Positions 38,704-51,800 of a stretch of 64,000 nt of DNA are shown here, piece after piece. This DNA comes from Cetorhinus maximus (lineage: Eukaryota). The notes beneath the pieces were generated by a model that saw only the letters and a program-made list of their open reading frames with translations, had not been told where the DNA came from and did not search any database. Every line of letters begins with the position of its first letter. The first letter of the stretch is position 1. Made by a program: the position numbers and the translations under genes. The stretch spans positions 14,446,001 through 14,510,000 of the forward strand of contig NC_135906.1 of NCBI RefSeq assembly GCF_964194155.1, given 5' to 3'.

Positions 38704-40295
38704 CTGAAAAGGATGTAAGCCATAGTAAATCTAAAATTTTGGATCCCGAAGTTTGTAAAACAAAGCAATCCGTTTAGAATTTTGTACCAAAACAAATGCT
38801 GTTCGTAAACAGTGTGCCTTTACAAGTATTGACTATAGTTAACGGATAAACCTCCAAAAATTTAAATGTGCTTCAGCCGCAATCTTAAACACACTCCCAA
38901 TTTTGCCAACGCACTGCACATAGCAACTGACCAACAGATCCCTTATTTTGGTGCTGCCATAGCTTACTATCAAAGGTAGGTGGGGATTCTTCATTCTCTA
39001 AACTTCACTCCCACCTGTTCTATTTCAGTTTCCAACACTGATTTGGGATGGATGGCATTCATTGACAATAGGTTGCCTTTTCTTCACCCTTTTCCCCAAG
39101 CATAATACATTATCTAACCCTAGACCGAATTCTTGTCCACAACCACTTAAAACTGAAGTAGTTTGCTGAAAAAAAACATATGTTGCCATTCAATCTTGCC
39201 ACAAGTTGGTTATTTGTCACAAAGAATGCCATAGCAACATAAACATGCAGGGTGTCATGTAGTTGAACTTGAATTTTGCTTCCTGAATAAAACTCAATGA
39301 GTGTTTTATTGGTTGGGACCAATCTTATATCGGACAACTTACATAATCAATTTTAGTTAACAAAATGAACAAATTTTCAACAGTTGAAGCTCTTTTCTCT
39401 CAATTAATTAGAAACCATATCAACCACAAATTCCATCTCCCATGGTACTGTTAAGTACAATTAAATGCTGTCCATGGCTGAATGGATTTTAATCCTCAGG
39501 TAAGGCAGTGATACTTTCAAAGGGCAATGCTGATCATCTGCACGCCACCCACTCCCACAGTCTGGGAATACCAATTCCAACCCCGTGACCATCTCTGACG
39601 AAGCTATCAGTAACTCCCTAACAGCATGGGTACCTACTACCACCTTCTCAATGGCAATAAGGGATGAGCAACCAATGCTGGTTCATAATGCTCACATCCC
39701 ATGAAAGAATATATAAAAAGCACGGAACAGAGACTGAACTTAGCATTGTACCAGTCTATAGACCTCCAAAACCACACCAGAGAGTCTAACTGCTATCCGA
39801 GGTTCAATTGCATAGCACAACCTAACACATTCACACATGCTGATTATTGAATGTAAAACTATTCACTTTATAGGAAAAAATGTTGAAATCGCAGGTTTCA
39901 TGTTCTTGCTAAGTCCCAAAGTGCTTCAAGTCAGTCCTACCAGTAGTGCTATATGGTCAGAAGAGGCCAGCTCAGACAGCGAACTACCCTTAGCACAATT
40001 AAATTGTCGGCCTAGACTATATACTCAAGTCTCTCAATTGGGGCTTGAACTATCCACCTCTCAGAGATAGAGTGCGCGACCACGCAGCCAAGCTGGATAC
40101 CAAAGGCAATGTGTTGACAAAATTCAAACATCTTCTGTCTTCCTCCATCTTTTCTAGCAAAAAAGTCTTCAGACTACATTAAGATAATTCCAATCCTAGC
40201 TTTGAGTAACAAATGTAAAATTATACCAAATTCCAACATATGTCTTGGCTCTATTCAGGTAGATTTGAAGAGTCTTTGACAATAGTAGTACTTAC

Positions 40296-40324
40296 TGATT
40301 CAACCCCATCATCTTCTTTGTCTT
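40296..40324 (-). CDS. AKAP8L: gene B exon 6 (29-nt micro-exon)
   Basis: ttatag acceptor and gtaagt donor; EDKEDDGVES; phase 1 to 0 is needed to join exons 5 and 7. Confidence 0.7.
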
Positions 40325-40910
40325 CTATAACAGAAACAAAATCAATTGCTTTTGAATAGTTATCATGTGACCAACATAAAGGTTTTAAGTATAGCAACAA
40401 CCTTATTACTGGCAATTTTCTACGGTAGTTATGATAGTCTTACATTATTCTTTTTACGACAATATTGCTTTCACTGGATGAGGTGACGCGCACATTTTTA
40501 ATTTGCATAATCCCCAACTAACTTGATTTCACAAATTGCCCACAGAACAATACTCAAAGCTCAATTCTCCAGCCACCCCAACTGGTGGATTGCAAGCAGA
40601 ATCATTCATCCTCCCCACAAACTCCACCGCGCCCCCCTCCCACTCCATATTTTCATTTGGACAGGTCCTCGTTTTCCTCAAGTTATTCTTCTCTGCAGCA
40701 TATTGTGCATTGCAACCAAATGCACAACATGACACAGCCCCATTTTCAGCCAGCACCAGGATAAAGAACGCACCCGATCCCAACCTTTAGATGTCTCAGT
40801 TGTTCAGCACCCCTACACAATAGCTTAGACCAGGACTCAACTTGCATGTGCTCATCTCATTTATAAACAGCACAAAAAGTCCAAATAAGTAACATTGTAG
40901 TGTCTAGTAC

Positions 40911-41022
40911 CAGCATCAGAATCTTCACCATCATCTGTTTTAGCTTGCTTGTTTTCAGGGTCTTCAGTGCTGCTTGTTGACTGTTTCCTCTTCCTACCTG
41001 GACCACCTATAACCTTCTTCCT
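40911..41022 (-). CDS. AKAP8L: gene B exon 5 (basic NLS-like region)
   Basis: 112 nt; RKKVIGGPGRKRKQSTSSTEDPENKQAKTDDGEDSDA; tatcag acceptor and gtacta donor. Confidence 0.85.
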
Positions 41023-41955
41023 CTGATACAAAGCAAAAACATTTGAATCGCATTTCAAAATCACATTTCAAAAACTCAACATTTGTTTCTGATTAATTAA
41101 AGACTGTTTCTGGTGATGCAAAAGTCAGATTTGAAGATCAGGTAATTATAGAGATGAACAATTCATTATAAATGGTTGCATATAAAACCATGCATTATAG
41201 TACGTGTGGTTTGAACTGACTTAACTGTAATGCAGCTACAGGTGCATGGAGTGTACCCAATGACAATGCAATTTGATTGGCTAAGGTGTACTTTACAATC
41301 TCCCCTCTTGAAAGGACTTTTCCCATGGCTCAGTATGAAATGCACATTTTTCAAGCACCCAGGCTAGAAAAGCCCTCAAATATCCCAGTATGAGAGACTG
41401 GCTCCCAGCTTAGTGGCAGTTTCAGTACTATAAATCAGCCCTGACCTTATAAATCAATCCCTGCCTTGAAAGGCCCTCTATCGATACCCAGTGATACTTG
41501 TATCCTGCCAACACTCACCACCTTCGCTCACACATGGATAACAGACAAAAGCTTCTGAGGGAGGGGAGTGGGCAAGAGTAGAGGGAGAAAAGACGTTCAA
41601 AGTCTTACATCAAGCCAAAACACTCAAGTGCTTCATACAATGAATTACTTTGAAGCCAGTCCTACCTCACTACAATACCTTAAAAAAGCACTATAATGTC
41701 CAAAACCCTAATTCTTCTTTGGATCCTCAACTAAGACAGCTACAAATTCTTCCACAGATGCCGAAAAATGTCAAAATTATACTTAGTGTCAATTAAATCA
41801 GAAAAAGGAACGCATCATTTTTGGATAGTAAAAAAGGGGAAATGGACAATCCACTGAAAAGAAATATCCTGTAACTTGGCCTTCTTGGTCTTTCACTGAT
41901 CACACTCATTGGCTACTGATTGAAATAAAATGCATTGTTTAAAAAAGGTACTTAC

Positions 41956-42418
41956 GCCTCTGTTTCGATTCTTGTCTTTCCTTCTCAGTCTGCCACCAAA
42001 CGCTCTTGCCGAGCCCTGAGCTCGGAACAGGTCCATGGGGATAATGTTTGGGGAGAAGAGCGAGGGGAGGTTTCTGGTGGAGGAGGCAGCATTGAAGCCT
42101 CTGCCTCCCATTGACATGTCATTCCAGTGTGCAGACATCCGCCTGGAACCTCCAGGCTGCATGTAGGGGTCATTCCAGTTTGCTCTCTTATTTGGAGCCC
42201 AGTCTCTAGACCAATTTTGACCCCGTTGGCTACTATATGCTCTGTTGTGGTACTGATCTCTGCGAGTCCCGTAGGAGTTGTCGTAGTGGTCATAGTGACC
42301 TCCATAGGAATCGTTATAATTAGGTCCAGAATCACCGTAACCATAGCCGTAGCCAGATCTGTACGGATCATGGTCATTCATTGAAGACCTGGAGTCATAG
42401 GACTCATAAGGTGTAAAC
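41956..42418 (-). CDS. AKAP8L: gene B exon 4
   Basis: 463 nt, phase 2 to 0; RFTPYESYDSR...LPSLFSPNIIP matches AKAP8L LPSLFSQNIIP; paralogous to 2228-2699. Confidence 0.9.
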
Positions 42419-43309
42419 CTGAAAGAGTTGCAGAGCAAGCAAGGAATCTAATCAGTAGCTGGAAAGGACGATGGCAAAAGCCTGCCACTCAGTGACAGCA
42501 GACTAAAAACTAAACAGGATATTTCAGGTAATCATGGTGTGTGAGGTTATTTCTTCATCTGTAAACAATGTCTAAATTACTGAATACAGCAGCAAAAGGT
42601 GGCTTACTGCAACCAAAAAGACAAAATCCAACTTTCCTTCATAGGGGTGGGAAAACAATACACTTGGCCAACAGCAACCTTTGGAGACAAATGGCTCACG
42701 TCAACTGTCCAATGTTCTATTCTCCACCCCATCCCCCATCACAAGTGTTCATTGGCTGGATGCCATCCTTAAAATCTTAACCTAATTGCTGGAAAGAATG
42801 GAGATTTTACAAGAAAATTACAGCATTCTATACTCTCCACATTACAATGCATAATTTTACTGCAGATGATAATTCTTGACCCATACACATTGAGAATACC
42901 CTGTACAATTAGCCTAAAATCAATTATGCTGACAATCCCAGTGGCTCCAAATTAAAACTAAATTTTGCACCTGGCTAATCTGGCACAGAATACCACACAA
43001 AACAGTCAGATTTAACTTTGTTCTAAACAATGAGTTGTTAGTTAAAGCCTTATATATTGAATCCATGCTTAATTTGAGTTAAAGTTCAAGATGTAATTAT
43101 AAAGGGTGTAAAATAATGAATAAATCAGGGTTTCTCACCATAGTGTAGATAAGCACACATGTTTCTTTGGGGTTGGGCGAGGGTGGAGGGAGGAAAGAAG
43201 AAATGTGTGCCAGCCTATTTAAATTTGAAGTGTCACATCAGTCCCAAGTGCCAATTTCTTCATTTTATGTGTACAGCATTTTACCATTTAGTGACCTTCC
43301 AGAAGATAC

Positions 43310-43517
43310 CTGTTGTATTGGCCTGAAGAGCGACCTGGTGTCTTATCACACTCTAACTGAGAGAGCATGTCCAGACGTTGGTTGATCTTAGCGATGATGG
43401 AATCTGTGTTAGGGTTTTTAGGAGCATCCCAAGCTTTATTACCAGAGTTATAGCCATAATTTCCTGAATAATTTTCTGAATTATCTTGGTTGTAATTGTA
43501 ATCATAGCCATCATACC
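43310..43517 (-). CDS. AKAP8L: gene B exon 3
   Basis: 208 nt, phase 1 to 2; GYDGYDYNYNQDNS...DSIIAKINQRLDMLSQLECD. Confidence 0.9.
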
Positions 43518-44704
43518 CTAACAGGAACAAAACACAAAAGATCAGATATTCACATTAGAAAAAAATAATAGAAGTTATAGGAACAGAAGTTGGCCTTTCA
43601 GCCAGAGTCTGTTCCGCCATTCAATAAGATCATGATTAATCTGTACTGTAACTCAATTTACCCACAACTGAACCATATCCCTCCAAATCTTAGAAATCCA
43701 TTGATCTGTTCTGAAAATTTCAGTTGTCCCAATATTCCTAGATTTTCAGGGGCAAACTGTCCTTTGTTTGAAAAGCTGCTTCTCAACTTCACTCTGAAAT
43801 AGCCTAGTTCTCATTTTAAGACTGCATCCTCCTTGTTCCAGATTCCCTCAGAGGTAATAATTTGTGTTTATCTTAACAGATTGCTTAATCATTTGAGAGA
43901 CCTTAAATAAATAGAACACCCCATAAACATCTAAACCCAAGGGAATACAAGTCCATTTTATGCAAACTGTCAATCCAAGGTCAATATACCCTTTCTTAGG
44001 TTATGTTTCATTTGTTCACTTTTCATGGGAAGTTCAGGGCACCCTTGAACTGAAGAGCTGCCTTCTAAGACTAATTGGAAAGACCTCACATTCCTTTATA
44101 TAAATTGCATTTTAAAGCACCATCTACTATTTATTTTCATGCTTCAAATAGTGCCAAATTTTAAAGAAAAGGCAAACTTTTACCAGAAAGCAACTGCAGT
44201 AAAATTACTAATGATATTTCTATACAAGCAATGGGCTTGGGCACAGGACTACTACCCTCACTTCACTGTAGTATCCCAATCACCGGAAGAGATGCTAAAT
44301 ATGCTTAACTGGATCCCACAGCATTATATTAAGAGTTACAAGTTCTTCTGGTGCCAAAACAAGTATGCCTCCCTCACTTATCACTACCAATACCAGAGCA
44401 GCTTGCTGCTTGTAGCATTTTGCTGGGTGCAAAATGGCTTCTGTGCTTTTCTATATAACTGTCAACATCCAAGTCATGGCCTATAAAGGATTTTGGACAG
44501 TTTGAGACAATATTTGAAGGTATCAATTAAGGTAAATTAAGGTCTTGAGCACCTCTGTACATTAGTCACATGTTCTACTCACAGCAGACTACTAGCCCTT
44601 AGAAGGATGGACAGCTCATCCCAAGAGAGCAGACAATTGCAATGAACGAACTTAGTTTAGTTTCTTTCCCATTATAAGCAGCTTTTAATATTACTCTAAC
44701 AACA

Positions 44705-45068
44705 TGTCCCTATCCCTAGCAAGGCCAGCATTTTTCTCCCATCCCCATTTACAGTTTTGATACAATTGAATTGCATGTTAGGCCATTTCAGAGAGCAGTT
44801 AAGAGTCAACCAAATTGCTATGGGTCTGAGTCATGTAGAGGCCAGACCAGGTAAGGATGGTAGATTTCCTTCCCTAAAGGACATCAATGAACTAAACAGC
44901 TTTTCAGAACAATCCTAGGCATTTCATGATCAGCATTACTGATTATTCCAGATTTAATTAACTGAATTAAAACACACCCAACTACCATGGTAGGATTCGA
45001 ATTATGTCTCTGGATCATTAGTCCAGGCCTCGGGATTAGTTCAGTAAAATAACCAATATGACACCATA
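44705..45068 (-). mobile_element. SINE-like internally deleted derivative of the tRNA-headed LINE
   Basis: matches LINE 5' head/UTR (33915-34235) joined directly to the LINE 3' tail (gggatggg...aatgctggcc). Confidence 0.65.
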
Positions 45069-45325
45069 CCTCACTATCCAATTTATACCCAACATTACAA
45101 ATTTGACTATCAACATTAACTGATTCTAACACAAGTTCTGCTTTAAGCCATTTATTCCTTATACATGCTTACAATGTTAACTGTGATTGAAGTAGCATTA
45201 ATATCTGTCATAGCAATAAAACAAGCTTGAATATTTTAAAATAGCAAATGCCTGACCCCATTAAGCCCAACAGGAAGTTTTCCCAATTCTTGTATTTTTA
45301 AATGATAAGATTAAAAGCAAATCAC

Positions 45326-45373
45326 CTTGACCATCGTCTCCTCCAGCGTTCCAAGAATCATCCTCTCCATACT
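45326..45373 (-). CDS. AKAP8L: gene B exon 2 (48 nt)
   Basis: tcttag acceptor and gtgatt donor; EYGEDDSWNAGGDDGQ; phase 1 to 1; homologous to gene A YG..WNA exon. Confidence 0.75.
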
Positions 45374-48364
45374 CTAAGAGAAACAGAATCACACACTGAT
45401 CATCATTTCAGTTACTTCAACTGATTTCACAAAAAAAATGCACTTCAGTTTGTTTGGAAGGGAGTAAAAACCAGAAGTTTAGAATCATGTTACAATCCCA
45501 CTGACGAGACAATGCAATTCAGTGTAACTATTAAATTTAGCTATGCCCAAGGACTTAAGAGAAACCAATTCTTCCACGTGACACCAATTTTCACCCTTAA
45601 GGGACTGACATGTAACTTGCTCAACTGACCATTGCTCATGCAAGCCAAGCTGAACGGGTTGGTTTAATAGGCATGTTCAGCATAATATTCACCATATCAT
45701 CCCCACCCCCCACTAAAACCTTTCCTCAACCAGACATTTCAGTGCCAGCTGTAATGCATCCTATTGCCACCTGTTCATGATGTACTGACTCAATACAACA
45801 ATGTAACCGCTCGCCTTCTCAATCTCACACATCAGTGATACAAAGCTAAGCAATTAGGCTGATCCTGGAAACATTTTAAATTTTGGTACAGAGTAGGTTG
45901 CAGTAGAAAATGCAGAGAGAAAAGCACATAGGCTGTTAGATCTAAGGTAATGGGGTGAAGAGATCACAATAAAACAAAATAAGCTCTGGGAAGAGTTTTT
46001 TTAAAAAAGTCTATACTTGATTATTAAAACAACTCAGAATAGAAACTGAAGGAATCCTGTAGCTGCAGGAATTGTGAATACATAGATTACAGAACCATAA
46101 CTCAGCTCAAAAGATAGAGTCAAGTCAGCATGGAAGTGTTTAGGGTATTCAGGAAAAATGGAGATGACAGAAGGGAGCTTTAACAGTTAAGACAAAAATA
46201 AAATTAAGGAAACAGAATTTACATCCCAAGAGGACAGGAGGCAGGAAAATGAAAATTTGGCTTGAGCTAACAAGCAGTGCACAAGTATAGGTGTACCAGA
46301 AATTAGCCGTAGTAATTTAACATATGTCTGCACGTTGATACTCAGTCTACAATAGCTCTACAAGGTTAGACCCGAGGCAGTGGAAACTTTACCTTGCTAA
46401 TGGCAGAGATTATAGAAAAAGTAAGCATGTAGTAATAAACCAAGTGACTGTACAGTGGTAAACATGTAAGAATCTGTGTTAGGAATGTACTGGGAAAAAA
46501 TAAGTGAAAGGCCATAACTGAATCTCTCACTAGTAAACAGATTTTATTGCCATCTTGCTGAAGGAAGATTAACCAGATGTAGTTAGAACGTGTTAACATT
46601 ATGGTATTATGTTAGGCTATAATTAAACATATAAACAAACAGACACTGAAGCTGCTTGTATCTTTTTCATCTAGTCTTGTTGTGCAGTCAAGTCAGATAA
46701 GGTTTAATCTACTGAAGAGTTCCTGGTATATGATTTATAATTTATAACTGGCACCTACATCTCATATACTCCATGAAAGAGAGTGCATTTTATTATATCA
46801 TCCACTTGCTTTAATAAAGAGTATTAACTAGATGGTTCAATGTTTCCTTGTCCTTGTACTTATTAAGGGATATCAGCATGCATGCATTCTTCACAAGGGC
46901 AATCGGAATGTATACCAACATCTTATATAACTCAATCAAGAACAAAGTTAACAACAGGGTCTTGCTACAAGTCTGTAGACAATTGATGGCAAGTTATACG
47001 CTCATTCCTATTCATCCAAACTTTGTAGCAAAAATTGTGACTTCATTCAATACAAATTAGGAATGCCCAGTTGTAAGCCCATCAGAAGAATCAGAATAAA
47101 TAGAACTCATGAAGCAATTCCTGTACTATATCAGATGTGATTGTACAAGCAAGCATTGGATTGGTGACAGTAAGATTTTGTTCAATGACAGTGTCAGGAA
47201 AAAACACAAGATTTCAACAGGGCAAGCAACACCACTGAAGGATGACAGAAAATAAATTAATTGGGATTACTCAGAGCCTCCATTACACAATTCCCTGTCT
47301 GCATGCATTCATGCCGACCTCACATCATTAATCTTGCCCTCAAAGGCCCGGCAACTTCAGTCATATTTGCACTTATATTTCATTCATGTTGGTTTGTCCT
47401 TTTTGAATCCTGGAAATTTGGAATGGGTTGTTCATTGGTGGATAGATCCTAAATTAGAACACCAAATCTATTAGCATCAGCAACTGGAGATGCAAGCAAT
47501 TAAAGCACTTGAAGCTCAGACTTTACAGCCAGCACCAAGAAAATGAAACTCGCCATTCATTACACTTGCCCACAGTCTGTGGGGTTTTGCACTGTATTTT
47601 GCAGAACCCTCTACAGGAGATCTGGGATCTGAGAGAACAGGGCAAGGAATGGATGGTGTGTCATCTCAACGAGACTGAAGAATTCTTACTGAGATTCGCA
47701 GAGTCAAAAGTCAAATCATGTACAGAAAGCAAGAGAAAGGAGAAAGAAAAACGGGATTAGGAGAGATACAAGAGATTTTAAAAAATAGAAACTATTATTG
47801 TTTTAAATTGTCCATAATTGAAATCTGGCAGAATAAGATCCCATAAGTAAATTCCCAGTGCCAAGAGAGGATGTTTGACAGCAATTAAAACTTAAGCACG
47901 CCATTAAAATTTCACTTACATTTGAATGGACAAGCCCCAACTTCTTCTGCAGTGTTTAGTGTATATCTATTGGGAAGTAATGCAACTTCAACCTTTTCAC
48001 ATATTTCAATGCTGAGTCCACTCAGCGAAATACTGTTAGAGCAGGGCAACTCCTGCATTCCCACATTTAATTGTGCATATACTGGATGCTTGCTGTCAGA
48101 TTTACTGCTCGGCAGAGTTGGGCACTGATGGTCTCATTATTCTTACCTCAAAATCCCACCTATTGGTCTAACCCTCGCCACCAAATCTCCTAACCCCTGA
48201 ACGTTCCATAGTACATGGCTAATAAAGACAAAAAAGCTCAGGACCCTAAATATAGCTTAATTGAGGTAAAGTGGGAAAAACTTTTGAGAACATAGGGTAT
48301 GGGATGAGACAAAAACATGGCAGAGATGCAAAAGAAAAGGAACCTAGAGATATAGCAAAGGATG

Positions 48365-48805
48365 CTCACAGTATCACAGAATCTTTACAGTGCAGGAGGC
48401 GTTCATTAGGCCCATTGAGTCTGCACTGGCTCTCTGAAAGAGCATTCCACCTAGTCCCACTCCCCTGCCTTATCTCCGTAACTTGCACATTCTCTCTTTT
48501 CAGGTGGCAATCCAATTCCCTTTTGAATATCTCAATCAAATCTGCCTCCACCACCCTTTCGGGGAGCTTGCTCCAGACTCCAACCACCCTCTGGCTGAAA
48601 AAATGTTTCCTCACATCACATTTACTCCTTTTGGCAATTATTGTCAAATGAATGTGAACAGTTTCTCACTATTTACCCTGTCCATGCCCCTCAGGATCTT
48701 GAATACCTCTATTAAGCCTCCTCTCCTTTTCTCCAAGGAAAGCAGTCCCAACCTCTCCAATCTATCCTCATAGCTACAGTTCTTCATCCCAGGAATCATT
48801 CTTGT
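48365..48805 (-). mobile_element. CR1-type LINE 3' fragment
   Basis: FFSQRVVGVWSKLPERVVEA; same subfamily as 7612-8660. Confidence 0.85.
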
Positions 48806-51800
48806 TGAACGTATGTATTTCACGGAATTATAATGCTAACTTTCTGCCCAAATATAAAGCTAAAAGCAATGATATATTTCAAAAGGCGTTTGCCAAAACA
48901 TACACAAATATGACATTTTAGCAAGCTGTTGCAAACCAAGTAGCGGCATCAGTAACTTGGTTCGCGTAAACCAAATTCCTGCAGCAACCATGTCATTATT
49001 CCCCTAGTTAGACTTTGGAACTGGGCTCCCAACTCCACCATCAATCTTTGCAAAACCTCTTGTCCACCAATTCTGAGAGTTTTAATTCTACTCTTTAAAC
49101 AGAGGAAGCCTCGTGACTGACAAACATCTGGACATCCTCAGCAGATGGCTGCTCATTTTCTGTGAAGTGGGTCCTACAAGTATCACACGACAAACTGCAT
49201 TCTAACATGATAAAATGTGCAGAATATTCAAAGGAGCACCTTCGTGGCAACCAAAGTTTAAAGAGGTAGTGGTTTGAGTAAGCTTTTGAATGAAGGATAT
49301 AAAGTAGTAAGCTAGAATGGTTTGACAGCACTGGGCCAAGATAGTTAAAGTTGTTGATGGAAACTTCGCAATCTGACGAGCCAAAAACTCATCTGTACAA
49401 CAAGGTGGGCTTCAGCAGGGGTACACGCCGCGTAAAAGATGTGATTTTTTACAAGATCGATATTGAAGGAAAATGGCCTGTTCCACTTATCAAAAAGTTA
49501 AGAATTTCTCAAAAGTCAAATTGAATCATTTTAAAAAATAATTATGAGAAGTAATATATAAAACTTGGTTATACTGCTCTGTGTTTAACCCATTTGGTCA
49601 AATGTATTTTTTGATAACATGCCAATTTGCCCCCTTATATTTCTATGAAGCTTTTTAATATTAAAATAATCAAAATGCAATTTCCTGTTTATTACAAAGC
49701 AAGACAGGAAAGGTTCATTTTAAAAAAAATAAATTTTATACACACACACCCTCCTTCTGTTGTTCTCAGGTGTTGATCTTCACACTAGTATTAAAGCCTT
49801 TATCAAGCTGAATTCTTTACAAGCACTTGAATGGATTATAGGATTACAAATACATAGCCTGTATTAACTGTAAAAGAACCAAGGTCTTTTTTTAAAAACC
49901 TCAATAAGTGTGAAAAAGCTTTTAATATTTCTGCACATACACCACCTGCAGCAGTATGAAAAGTAATGAAATTCAACGCAGGGGCAACAGTTAGTTACCA
50001 GGATGACAAAACAGCCAGCAGCAGCCATCAACAAGGCCATAGGGGCCCTGAGAGAGATTTGAACAAGAATAAATCTCCAAATCACTCACAATCATCATGG
50101 GTCATAGTATATCTATTTCGAGATGCTCCTCCTCTCCGACCCACTTTTTTTTTTAAGTGACAGGTGTGGGGGTTCCAATTAGTGAATGGATTCAACCTGG
50201 GGTGGGCCCCAGCTTCTTTGGAGGCTGTAAGTGATAGAGGGTAGCAGAGATCTCAGGCTCGGGCCACATGCTTTTGGGACCCTTTTCAGGCTGGAAAGGG
50301 TAGGATGTCAGAGTGGCACCTAAGACTACATACTGGCAAGTTGCAAATGCCTTTCAGTCCACAATGGGCAGCAGATTCAGGCTGCAGATTGTATTTTCTA
50401 CTGATGTGTGTGGAGAATTGATTGGAGCAGGAATCAAGCCAGAACAGTCAGTTTTTAAAGGAAAGGGAAGCATTGTACGATGAAAAAGCAATGCAAAAAG
50501 AGGAACTGCTACAGAGTGTTAGACTATCTACACTGGAGGCATATTACAGGGGCTACATAGCTTAAAAAGGTTAAGAAAATTTACATTTCCAATGTAGCCA
50601 AATGTTTAATCAGCTTCAAGACTCAGAAGTTGTAAAAACGACACAGCACCACCTCCCTGTGAGCACCGGAAATGTCTATTAAGTGTTGCATTCAATTGAC
50701 AAGTTTAATGTTCCAGGTAATACATGCAAGCTGTCCCAAAATAAGAATGAGAGTGTGCAGTTATTTTGCAGTGGGATCTGTATCAATTATCTTCAGCTAA
50801 ATTAAAGTGAACAAATGAAATTGTTCACATATGGTAAATAAGTTAAACATGCAACATGTAGAATTAAAAAAGCAGGACGATTTTGAAAGGGATTCCAAGA
50901 ACATTCCCTCACTGTCTAAAAAATACAGCAAAAGGAATTAATGAAACTATTATGTTGGGATATATAGCCAGGAATACAAAGCTATGATAACACTTCATAA
51001 TATACTCAATAACACAAAAGTACATAAAATACAATTTAAACTTGTGATCATCTGCTACATCTTAATGTCTCAATGGCTAAATAATTCTGCATTTTTTCCC
51101 CTCCTTTAAACTTGCAAGAAAATACTTATTTGCAGGACTTGATGTCCACTCTCTCATTTGGGATATGTTTTCCATCTCCAAGTAACCCTAAAGTAACCAG
51201 TCTGAATGAGAAAGTGACCTGTCATGAATTTGAAAAGTTGTTCTAAAACTGCTGAGCCTTCTAGAACTGGATGACTACTAAGGTAAAAAGACATCAGTGG
51301 ATACAAAAGTTGTTGCAAGGCCTCCCACCCAGTGAAATGCACCCATTACGATATTAGCCCACAAGTTATAAACACAAAGTTCCTCCTGGCACGTGAAATT
51401 CCTCTTCAGGTTTTAGAGAGAAGCAGTAACACAATGCACTAATCCAGCCATGTTTATTTTCATACTCCTGAAGGAACCCAGGTGAAATCAGGATCTCATG
51501 GTGGCAACATGCATTAATACAAGCCACTCCTAGATGCTATTTTTAAATTCAATCCCAATGCAGATCTTAAAATAATCCTAACCTAGAAAAATCATTCATC
51601 CAATTCTCTAATCACCAAGGCAACAACATGATGGAGACAGTTGCACTAGTTTATCTTTGTAACAGTTCATTACAACAGGAAGCAACTACCAGTTGTTACA
51701 CGCAGACAAAACATACAATCGGATGTATAACAATCTGCAACTTTAGGGATTGACACAGAAATAGTAGTAGGTCTTCCAGCCCCTACAGCCTATTCTAGCA

